Shown one piece after another: positions 27,136 through 38,436 of a stretch of DNA of 64,000 nucleotides. The stretch is from Podarcis vaucheri (lineage: Eukaryota): NCBI GenBank assembly GCA_965113315.1, contig OZ220369.1, one strand, 5' to 3'. Position 1 is the stretch's first letter, and each line of letters starts with the position of its first letter. The translations under genes and the position numbers were made by a program. Under the pieces are notes generated by a model. The model did not search any database, was not told the DNA's origin, and saw only the letters and a program-made list of their open reading frames with translations.

Positions 27136-27415
27136 TAACCATACTAGTGTCTGATATGCTGTTGCTGTTGTTGTTAAATGGGGTAAATGGGTAGTCCAAT
27201 TTCCAGGAAAGATTTCAAATAGCTGTCAAATAACTCAATAAATTAATTTGCACAAAATGTGGAGCAGCTGCACATGACAGATCAGTCATTGTTTCTGAGA
27301 GTAACCAGAAGAGGTTGTGTTGCTGGTGATCAAGAGAGTCATATGGCTTAGCTTTTGCTGAGTTTTACATTTGAGACTGCAGTTAAGGGACCACATGTCT
27401 GAATGCTTCCCCATT

Positions 27416-27641
27416 CAGTGGTACCTCAGGTTACATACGCTTCAGGTTACACACTCCACTAACCCAGAAATAGTGCTTCAGGTTAAGAACTTTGCTTCAG
27501 GATAAGAACAGAAATTGGGCTCCGGCGGCATGGCAGCAGCAGGAAGCCCCATTAGCTAAAGTGGTGCTTCAGTTTAAGAACAGTTTCAGGTTAAGAACGG
27601 ACCTCTGGAATGAATTAAGTACTTAACCTGAGGTACCACTG
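27416..27641. mobile_element. Tc1/mariner MITE
   Basis: CAGTGGTACCTCAGGTTA ... TAACCTGAGGTACCACTG-TA. Confidence 0.85.
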
Positions 27642-27755
27642 TATTAGAATTTAAAAAAGAAAACTGCCCTGGGCTTTAGGTCCACTGACCTAGAGAGTAA
27701 AAGGTGTAAAGCTGTTCTGTTTTTGAATCTGACAGTGTTATCCACCACTGAACTA

Positions 27756-28111
27756 CAGTGGTGCCTTGCAAGACGAAATTAATTCGTTCCGCGAGTTTTG
27801 TCGTCTTGCGATTTTTTTCTTCTTGCGAAGCACGGTGTCAGGAAAGTTTTGGAAAAGCTTCAAAAATCACCAAAGTCTTTAAAAACCTCAAAAAAGGCTA
27901 CCACACCACGTTCTATGAGTTGCTCCTCAAAGTCAAGTCGCAACTGTATTAACGGTGTTAAGAAAAAGGAAACAAACTTGCAAGACGTTTCCGTCTTGCC
28001 AAGCAAGCCCATAGGGAAAATCATCTTGCGAAGCAGCTCAAAAAACAAAAAACCCTTTTGTCTAGCGAGTTTTTTTGTCTTGCGAGGCATTCGTCTTGCG
28101 AGGTACCACTG
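27756..28111. mobile_element. Tc1/mariner MITE
   Basis: TA-CAGTGGTGCCTTGCAAGACG ... CGTCTTGCGAGGTACCACTG-TA. Confidence 0.88.
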
Positions 28112-30190
28112 TATGCCTCTCTGGAGAAGACTCACAGTTCATAGCACATTCTTTCCGTGAAGAAGGTTCTAGGTTTAATCTCTGTCCTCCCCAGGTGGGA
28201 CTGGGAAAGACCCCTGTCTGAGACCTTGGAAATCCATTGCCCGTAGGTGTAGGCCAGGGTGCCCTCCAGTTGCTGTTGGACTCCAACTACCACCATCCCT
28301 GTCCCTTGGTAATATCAACTGGAGATGCTGGAAGCTGGTGTCCAACAACATCTGGAGGGTGCAATGTTGGCTACCCCTGATGGAGACAATACTAAGCAAG
28401 ATGGACCAATGGTTTGATGGGGTTATGTAGCCTCCTCTATTCCTCTGCCTCCCTTGGAAGGAGAGCCTGCACATTCCTACCCACTTGGAGATTGAGCCTG
28501 CCACGTTGAGGTTATTAGCATCATGCCCTGACCACCTGAACTACCTGTGCAACTGGCAGGGATGCACCTAGGGATTGGTCAGGTTGGTCCCCGCCAAGGA
28601 TGCAGGTCCAAGAGGGCACAAAAATTGTGAAGGACAAGCTGGCGATTGCCAAGGGCACAAGGGAATGTGATGCAGATACTGCTCCTTGCCAGGGGTCCCA
28701 GGGAGCCTAGGTACACCTCTGAACTGGTTTAGAGTTTCCTGAACAGAAGGTGTGGCTTCCACCTTTGAATCTCAAACCCTCTCCTCTTAGCACAGCTTAT
28801 GAATGCTGAGAAATAAATAGGCAAAATGTGGGGTTTTTTTAATCTCCTCTAACTTTTTAATATAAAAAAGTTTTGATTTCTCCATTATTTCCCAAATAAG
28901 TGATTTTGCCATAATGAAGTAAAATGGCAACCTTAGCAAATAGCTTTATCACTGGATAAACTCAAAGCCAACGACTACAGAGACTCCTCATAAAACAACT
29001 GTTTGAAAGACTATTTCTTCCCACTTTAATAACTCAGCAGCTTAGCCGAGCTCTTAACAAGTTCCAGGGTTATTAAATAATCCAGCAAGTTACATTATCT
29101 GAAATAGAAATCCACATTTCATTAATGCGGAAATGCTGAATGCGACGGGTCCATTTTTCCTTTGCATATTACACCACCAAGTGGATGGAAGAATAAGGAG
29201 ATAGGAGGCCATTCACCGGCATCCTCTAGAGACACGAATGAGACAGAGGAGCTGCACATTGAGGAAGGTGGGTTCTTAAAAAATAAAGATAAACAAGACT
29301 CCCACTGAGGCACAACATATGTTTGGTTGGCCATCTCATAACATCTCGCCAGTCGTGAATATAATGCTTCATATGGGTTTCCTTCCTCCATTTGTTTTGC
29401 AGGTGTATTTTAGACTGTTTCCAAACAGGGGCTTAATATAAAGCAGGTATTGGGGGACCTTTGGCCTTCCAGATTTTGCTGAACTACAACTCCCATCGTC
29501 TGTGGCCACTGGCCATGCTTGCTAGGGCTGATTGGAGGTGTGCTAGATCAGCAGATCTCCTGTACTGGTTGGGTTACTGGATTAGCTGATCTTCGAGGTC
29601 CCACTAACATTGTGACTCTATGGGCCAAATTCAGGAGACCCTAATTCCTAAGGCAAGCTCTGATTTTGATTCTCTTCTTTTTGCAAAAAAAGGAAGTCGA
29701 TTATACAAGATGCAGATTGATGGTAAGCATCCACTGAAAGTGGCAACTCAACCGACAGAATGGCTTCCATTAATCGCATAACTTCCACGGTGGAAAGACA
29801 TGTGTATCGGTTATTCATGGCTGCGAGAGAATGAAGCAGGATTACATTCCACGCACCCCACCTCTCCCACCCTTCACAATAATCTCCGTTTCTTCATGGC
29901 TAATGACTCGCCGTTTGTTTGCAAATGGGATTTCAAACTCCATAGTACTCCAACCTAAAATGCGAACAATGAGGATGGGGAGAAACGCTGGAGAAGGAGT
30001 GTATGGAAAAAGGAAGCCTCTCTCTCACACACACAGCAGCCTGTGGTGGAAACAAACCTGCCTGTGCTTTGCTAGGTACGCTTAATAGTATTATTAGAAA
30101 AGAGTTTCCCCAACATCCGTAGTTAAAAATGCACACCTGCAGAACACCTTCAGAACGAATGACTAAGAATACATTTCCAAATGCTACAAG

Positions 30191-30346
30191 CAGTGGCGTA
30201 GCGTGGGTTGTCAGCACCCGGGGCAAGGCAAGTAATTTACGCCCCCTAACCCGTGGATTTGCGCCCCCTAACCCTTGGATTTGCGCCCCCTAACCCTAAC
30301 CCCCAGATGTTGTGCCCGGTGCGGCCGGCCCCCCTGCACCCCCCTG
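30191..30346. mobile_element. Small hAT-like MITE with internal ~22-bp tandem repeats containing CCCTAA
   Basis: CAGTGG...CCCCTG ends; 8-bp TSD gctacaag/gctacagg; (gccccctaacccgtggatttgc)-like units. Confidence 0.6.
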
Positions 30347-32799
30347 GCTACAGGTGCTTCAGCACTGGGCATTTATTGTCCAACAGCCACACTATGTTCA
30401 CTCACTCTTTACAGGTCATCTGCATGATGTAGAAATGTATCAGGCCTACAGGTGAAAGAACGTGTCAACTTTGGTTTCACTCAGTTTCTCATTTTTCCAG
30501 TCTCCAGTTCTCCACATTCCCGTATCAGTTTCCACCTGGGAGAAAAATCCTCATCACTATTTCAGTGTGAATTTATCCTAATAAACACATTTTTGTGTGT
30601 AATGTTGCCTAATATACACTTTTATTTTTGCAAAGCGGTATCTCCAAAAACAATGCACTTTTCTTTGATATTTTTACTAATATACACATCTTTATGAACA
30701 CTTTACCCTGGTATATACATTTTTTTGTACACATCACTTGAATGCAGAAAAGCATTGCAAAATTTGGAGAGGTGCAAATGTTGGACAGCTACTTTTCAGT
30801 TCATGCATTGTATTGAGAAATGTGAAACAGGTAGCTTCTCCTTTAAATGCAAACTTAATCTAATTTCTCCGCCATCCCTGATTTAGGTCGTAACTGTACA
30901 TTATACAGTGCACCCACCCAGGCCTGCAGAGCTGAAAAGCAACTTGCCTGCTTAGCTATGTAGGCATCTCCTATAGAAATGTCACAGACCTCTAGCTGTG
31001 TGTGCAGTCTGCTCCTCCCTGCATCCTGAACACATCACTTTGCAAGCATCTATCCAGTTCATTGTGGCATAAGCTGTCACAGGCAACGACAGTCTTCATC
31101 AAATGCATGTCACATCTGCGACAAAACAGGACCACCAAGCGTTTATCGTGTGCCTTGAAGAACCTTTAGTTGCTCAGAGATTTGCCAGTTTCATTACAAG
31201 TCATGTACAGATCAGTAAGTCCTTGTTCTAAATAAAAATCAATGTGTGATCTTAGCCACCTCTCGCGTAAAGCTAAGTTTGACAAAAGGGGAGGGATATG
31301 AGAGAGGGAGAGAGAGAGAGCGCTCCCGCTTTTCAGCACACAATGTCTTGTTATGCTGCTGTCCGATGAAATCCAAAACCTGGAAGGCATTATGCTAGTT
31401 GTCACCTACAGATATTTAAAATGTATAGATTTCTGCAACAGTGGATTCAGGTTTTGTTGCTGTTGAAAGGAAACCACTGTATACAAAAAGGAGGGGAAAG
31501 GGGATTTCGGTCAGGGTAAGTATTCCAGCTTTCTCATGTTTACATCTGTGGCATTACTTAATCCATTATGTTCAAGTAGACTGGTGAAGATGGGGTGGAA
31601 GATGTGGAGCCCTGGTGGATCAAACCAAAAGTCCATCTAGCCCAGTGTATTTTGTTTCCGACAGTGGCCAATCAGATACCTTCAGGAAGTCTAGAAGCAG
31701 ATCGTGGAGCCAATATTCCTCTTTTGCTGTTTCTGCCAAGCGACCAGTATTTACTAATACAGGTGGGGTCTGCAACAAAACGTTGCAGCGTGAAGAGCTT
31801 CTGCTAAGGTTTCAGCCAGCAACAGTGCCCTCCTGGAAAAATAGGAAGCTGCCTGATAGTGAGTCAGACCACTGGTCCATCTAGCTCAGCATTGCCTACA
31901 CGGCCCAGCAAAGGTTCTCCAGGGTTTCATAGAGGGAGTCTTTCCCAGCCGTACCAGAAGATGCCAGGATTGAACTAGGGACTTCTCGCATGCAAGGCAG
32001 ATGCTTTGCCTCTGAGTTACAGCCCTTCTCCACAACATGCAATGGGGAACATAGGAAACTGCCTTACACTGAATAAAACCCATTGGAAGTCCAAAGGTTT
32101 TCCACCTCTGCTTTAAGCAGATATGGGGTCTCCCACCTACCCTACTAGCTTGGAACATTTTATGTGGAGTTGCCAGAGATTGAGCCTAGGGCATAGGAGC
32201 CAATTTCTATGGGCCGCGGGGGCTTCGCTTCCCCCAATAAAACATTGCATTGCCATTCAAATGGTCGGCATGCACCATGTCATGTGACTGAATATGCAGG
32301 GCAGCCCCCCCCCCAATATTTTATTCAAGTTGGCACTGCTGGCCTTGAGTCTTCTGCATGCAGACTATGTGTACTACCCCTGAGACATCGGCCTTTTTCT
32401 TCTGGGTATGCGCCAAGGCAGTCAGTATGATAGTTACCAAAATTCTGGGGCAATGTGGTATGATTAATATTAATAAAATTTCTATGCCGCCCTTCACCCG
32501 AAGATCATAGAGTGGTTTACAATATAAAATTACATGACATACTAACAAACAAACAAAAATAACCTGTTCCCCACAGTTTAAAAGGACATAGATTGCTTAG
32601 TTAGCCAAAGGCCTGGGAGAAGAGGAATGCTTTTGCCAGGTGCCTAAAGATATGTAACGAAGGCACACAGGTGAGCAAGGATGAATGGGCTTAAAGGGGC
32701 GTGGGATGCAGAAAGTTCATGAAAAGTAAACTGTACACTAGGTTCAATTTATAAAAGTATTTATGAGTTGCCTATTGGCTCAAAAAAGAGCTTGTGGGG

Positions 32800-33096
32800 C
32801 TGGCGGGGGGGGGAGAAGCAGGTCGGGGAATAGCGGGGTGGCGCCTCCCCACTGTCCCCAGCTTTTGGGTGCAGGCTGCTGCCCACAAGCCTTGCGAGCC
32901 CGCGGGACATCCCGCCGGGCTTGCAAGACTTGCGGATAGCTTCCTGAAGCCTGGAGAGCGAGAGGGGTCGGTGCGCACTGACCCCTCTCGCTCTCCAGGC
33001 TTCAGCGAGAGCCTGCATTCGCCCCATAGGATGCACCCAGATTTCCCCTTCATTTTTGGAGGGGAAAAAGTGCGTCCTATAGGGCGAAAAATACGG
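32800..33096. mobile_element. Partial CCGTA-type Tc1/mariner element with an internal 62-bp palindrome
   Basis: Right TIR tatagggcgaaaaatacgg-TA resembles 51605-51625; left end not resolved. Confidence 0.65.
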
Positions 33097-33429
33097 TAAA
33101 TAAATGAAAACACGAATGCACCATATAAATCGCCTGCTGTGTGTCCCCACACCCCCTTTTGGAAACCCTAGAGCTTAACTCCTATCCCCAAATCAAGCTT
33201 CCTCTCAGTTGCAGTCTGATATGATCATAACCTAGCATTCAGAAAACAAGATTTTAATATATCATTAAAGAACCTCCTTGAAATATGGCAACCCTACAAA
33301 TTAAAGCTCTTATCAATATGGATAGGCACATATCCATGCAAGATAACTGATTATATATAATTTTATATGTTATATAAATATAATTTTAGCCATCTCTCTT
33401 ATATATAATTGAGTCTCACCTTTGAACAG

Positions 33430-34400
33430 GGAAGCGGGGAAGAACAAGGCTCAACCGGCGACTGCGCCGCTGTAGTGGCGCGCTGGAGCCGCCAGGGGAC
33501 ACCATTCATCTTACAAGGCACCTTACTAGTGCCGCTCTCTGCCCTAGTCTCTTCCTTGTGCTTTTTTCTTCCTCCTCTCCCCCCTCCCCTTCGATTCGGG
33601 CCTATGAGATAGAGTTATAGAAGGGCACACAACTTCAGCTTCCGAGTTCTGTTACCTTTTTTCCCTTTGGCTTTATCTGAACTGTTATATGTCACGTTGT
33701 CAAAGCACAACTGGTCTCTGTGAATACTTTGAGCAGACCCACTGAAATTAATGAACTAACTCGTGCCCGTTAACTTCAGCGGATCTACTGTGAGTAGGAC
33801 GAGAGCTGGTTACTGCGCGGGGGAGGTGGGGTGGCGGATAAAGGGAAGAGCGAGGCAGGGACACGCGGCTTTTTAAACGGAGCTCCGCCCAAGCCCTCGT
33901 TTTATCCGTTCGCTTCCTATCTCTTCCTCCGCAGGGGTCGGGATGCAGGGAGAAGAGAGACGGCTGCCAACGCGAGCGCGGAAGCTGCTCACCCGGGCAA
34001 GGCGTTAGGCCGCTCTTCCATTTATTTCTATATCTGTGCTCCCCTCTCCCTCCGCTTTGTGCTCGGCCTTCCTCTCGCGAGAATAAACGAAGCGCGGCGG
34101 GAGGAGGGAGAGGCTTGGCGGAAAGAGGGAAGGAGCGTCTCGGCGGCCGCGGCGTCTGCGTTCGGGCCATGGGCAAGAAGCACAAGAAGCACAGGGGGGA
34201 GAAGTACCCGTATGAAGGTGCCGCCGCCCCTCCTTCCTCCCGGGGCTGCTAAATAGGTTGATAATGAGGGGGCGGTGGGTTGTGTGGTGCTGTTGTGTGG
34301 TGTGTATAGGTGTGAGAGCGTCTGGTGTGTTTGTGGTCCTCCACTGTCCACTTCGAAGCCGTGGGTCGGGGCGGGAGTGGTTCTGTGAGGGAACCGGATT
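33430..34400 (+). promoter_or_regulatory. CpG-island promoter of BRD7
   Basis: Sharp rise in GC/CpG around exon 1; GC-box-like and ETS-like (gcggaag) motifs; TCTCGCGAGA palindrome at 34073-34082. Confidence 0.85.
34169..34217 (+). CDS. BRD7: BRD7 coding exon 1 (MGKKHKKHRGEKYPYE)
   Basis: gccATGg Kozak context in a CpG island; donor GAAG|gtgccg. Confidence 0.93.
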
Positions 34401-37400
34401 CTGAGGGGGGTTTTTAGGGGGAAGTGGCCTCCTCCTCCTGTGGGTGGGTGTAGGATATCTTTATCTATTTTATTGCATTTGTATCTCCCCTTCCCATGAG
34501 CTCAAGGTGGCATATACACGGTTCTCTCGCCTTCCTCATTAAAGCCACACAACAACCCTGTGAGGTAGGTCAGGTAGAAGAAAGGTATGAGCAGTGGAGA
34601 CTCTCACAGGGCACCTGAGGGTCCCCCGCACCCTGTTCCTGCAAGCATTAATTAATTAAACAGTTAATTAATTGAATTAATTTTGCCCCAACATACGCCC
34701 CTCCCACCATTTCGATCTGTGGGTCTGGTGCCACTGCCGGTGCCACATAATGTCCCACTTGTAGGAAATAAATACTTTCAAGTGTGGGTTGTGCCCTACC
34801 CATTGGAACTCCCTGCCTGTTGACGTCAAGCGGTGCCTTGACTGTATCCCTTTCGGCGCACCTTTCTTTGTAAACGGCTTGGAGGGTTTTTGCAATCAAG
34901 CGGTGCATAATTTTTATGAATGGGAAAAAGAAAAGGAAAAAACATTCGGTCTACCCGGATATGTAGAATGTTGACTGTGCATTTCGATTTGTTTTTGAGC
35001 TTATGACACGGTACATAATATAATATTTATGCAATATTAAAATTGAAGTGATTCTATAAATACAGTTATAAAACTTATGAGAATCTGTATTTATTATATA
35101 ATTCTTAACAGTGACAGCATAAAAAGGGAGGAGCAACCAGCAGGATATCTAAAATACAAAGACAGTGAAAAAGTGCAATACCTTCTCTCAAAGATAGCTG
35201 TTAATCCTGGCCACCCATAGAAAATGGCAGACTGCCCTAGCTCATCTGTCAGTTGAACTAGGAACTGCACTTAAAATTAACTATGGATATATATATATTT
35301 AAGCCAGCTCCAGAAACCTTTTGAAGTTGTCTTGTTTTAAACTAGCTATAGTTAATGGTCCATTTAACTTGAAGGATCACCTTGCCCCATATGTGCTTGC
35401 TTGACTGCTTCAATCTGCAGAGCTTGCACTGCTACAAGTGCCATATTATAATTGTTCTCCATCTGTTAGGAGTTTGTCTTTCAGCACAGCAGCACCTGTG
35501 CTTTGAAATGTATTGTCTATTAACATTGAGCAGGCACCCTTGCTACACTCCTTGATGCCTACTAAAAATGTTGTTATAACAATTCTATCCACAACCGGAC
35601 CTAACGGTCAGGAGTACCTTTACCTTTTTATATGGGAACTGGACCATTGTTTTGTGAAGTGATTTGAGCACTTGAAATACTTTGTATCAGGAATGAGGAA
35701 CCTGCAGCCTTCCAAATTTTTCTAGATTAAATCTCCCATCATCTAGAGCTGATGGGCGCTTGGAGTCCGAATAACATTGGGGGCCCCAAATGTTCTCATC
35801 CGTGTTCTGTATGAATGCTGAACAAAAGCTTCAAGACTTAGCACTACAGTATCCTCTTAAATGCTATGTTTTAACCTTTCTGTCTCTGACTAGTTCGTTC
35901 ATTGTAGCATTGCAAAAACCAAGTACAAAGCTGCTCTGTGGCATTCAGATATTAATGGAGCTAAGGTCTACATGAAACTCAGTGGTTGCATGTAGATTGG
36001 CTGGCTATACAAAGAAAGATACATTTTTTTCTAGTAACTGACACCATAAAAAATAAGCCTTAGGTCAATATTTTGGGTTCTATATATATATATCTTATCT
36101 ATATATTATTGGCTACATATTCATCAGTTTAATTGTTAAAAACTTTTGTAACCTGAAGTTGGCTAGCCTATTAGGGTATGTAGTGCAAGTTTATTTGTAA
36201 TATTTAAACCAAGTCTATTTCCTGTGCTTTTCCTAGAATATGTAGAAAAGCCCTTAAAGCTGGTTTTAAAGGTAGGAGGAAATGAAGTCACGGAACTTTC
36301 CACTCAGAGCTCAGTACATGATTCAGCCCTATATGAAGACAAAAATGACCATGAAAAACACAAAGACAAGAAAAGGAAGAAGAGGAAAAAAGCAGAAAAG
36401 CAAGTTCCTGGAGAAGAAAAGGAAAAAAGAAAGAGAAAAGGAAAGGTAGCTTTCAGAGCAGTTGTTTTGGTTTTTTAACTTAAATCTTTTCCTTGTGATA
36501 GATTGTCTTTGGCAGGCTTCTCCAACCTGGGGTCCTTCAAATGTTTGGGCTGGAGCTGATGGGAGTTGTAGTCCAAAACCTATGGTGGGCACCAGGTTGG
36601 TGAAGGTTGGTCTTCAGGATAGTCCTCCTCAATCCTTTGGAAAGACTTGGGATGCGGCATAAAGGGCTGAGTTGGGACTGTGGAATTAAAACAATGGGTA
36701 AAGGCACCTTGCACAAGCAGAATTGCATGTGCAGCTTTCCACTTGTGCAAATTTAGCCCATACCTCAAAGTTAAATCACCTCCTTTGCATGCAGAAGGCC
36801 CCTTGTTCAGTATTCAATTTTAAAAGGACCAGGTAATGGGAAAGACTGTATGCCTAAGACCCTGGAGAACCACTGCTGGTCAAGCTAGAGAATACTGGGC
36901 TAGATGGGCAACAGGCTGATCTGGTATAAGGCAGCTTCCTATGGAACACATCATTTAATTATTAATAAGCTTGTCCTGACTTAGTGTGTCTTCCAGTAGG
37001 TGGAGACAGCACATAAAGAACATATTTGTAATGTTCCTTGTGTACCTTTAGTATACTTACAATGAATTTCCTCACTGAGTAAACAAATTGTAATCAGATT
37101 TCCAGCCACTGGTATGGATACTTCTCTCAACAGTTTTGCTTATATTTTATGTCCACAGGATGATAAAAAGAAGCGAGATAGGGACCGGGGTGAAAGTGAA
37201 GGAGAAAGAGAACTGAAATGTCAGACTCCTCTAAGGCTAGACTTGCTACCTGAAAAACCATTGGCAAGCAGTTTGGCAAAACAAGAAGGTAAGAAAAAGC
37301 TGTTTTGTTGTTTCTTTTTGAGCTGTTAAGTAAGTTGATTTGTTCTGCCTTGCTTCTCAATTTATGATGTTGGCCACCTTAAGTGCTTTGTTGTTGAAGA

Positions 37401-38392
37401 GGAAAGCTGGAATATGAATCCTGAAAGTTTTTAAAAAAATTAAGATCAGTCTCTAAATAAGGCTGAAATAGCAGCAACACTGTAGCTATTAGTTCTCACC
37501 GTTACTAACATGTAATTGGCCAAAATCTGAAAAACTGAAGTTTGCTTTCAAATTGTGGGCGGTTTCTTAATAGGCTGAAATGCTTCATGCGCCACTGTTT
37601 CTAAAATTAAAATAAATGTATGTTTGAAACTGAGATATGAAACACTTGAAACAGTCAGGAATACCCCACAAACATGGTCCAAAGAGTTATGGCAAGTGCA
37701 TCCCATGGCTGGATGGGACACTTCTGTGGTCTTATTCTCTTGATGACAGGGTGATAATGAGGCACACACCTGTCTTTGGCCATTGAGCCTCCCTGCTGAG
37801 CAGGTATGGCCAAAGTTAAAAAGACTGGCTCACTTTCCATCTCAGCTAGCTAAGCTGAAGAAGGGAGAAAGGCAGAAGTTCCAAAGGTGATTGAAGCAGC
37901 AGCTCTGAAACAACCCCCTTGCTACGGCATAGGCAGAATTAGAATTGGGGAGCGCACCACCACCTATGGAAAAGGTCTAATTTTTTTGTAGTGTGCATAG
38001 TCCTTCCTGTCAGAGCAATTGAGAGAGCTAACCAGCTTATGGAACCTTATGCACAGAAAAAGTGTTGTTAACAGGAGAAAGCAACTCTTGATGTGTTTAT
38101 TACCTTGCACAGCAGTACTTCATTTGAAAATATAGCATTTTCTATTTAGCATTTCTTAGGTGTGTGGGTGTGGGTGGGTGTGCGCACGCGCATGCACTCT
38201 AGTTAATATTTTTCTTTCATCTTTTTGTCCTAGAAGTGGAACAGACGCCACTTCAAGAAGCATTGAACCAACTTGTGAGGCAGCTGCAAAGGTGAGTTCT
38301 TCTCACACTCTGAGCATTTCTGATACTGCTAGTAGAAATTGCTAAAGACTAGAAAATGCTGTCTAATCAATGTGTTAATTTTTCTGAGCTGG

Positions 38393-38436
<44 letters not shown>

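Noticed and set aside
152-33400. Many 60-176-aa ORFs in the upstream region
   Set aside because: No recognisable protein similarity except transposon remnants, no consistent splice structure, and many overlap repeats or microsatellites.
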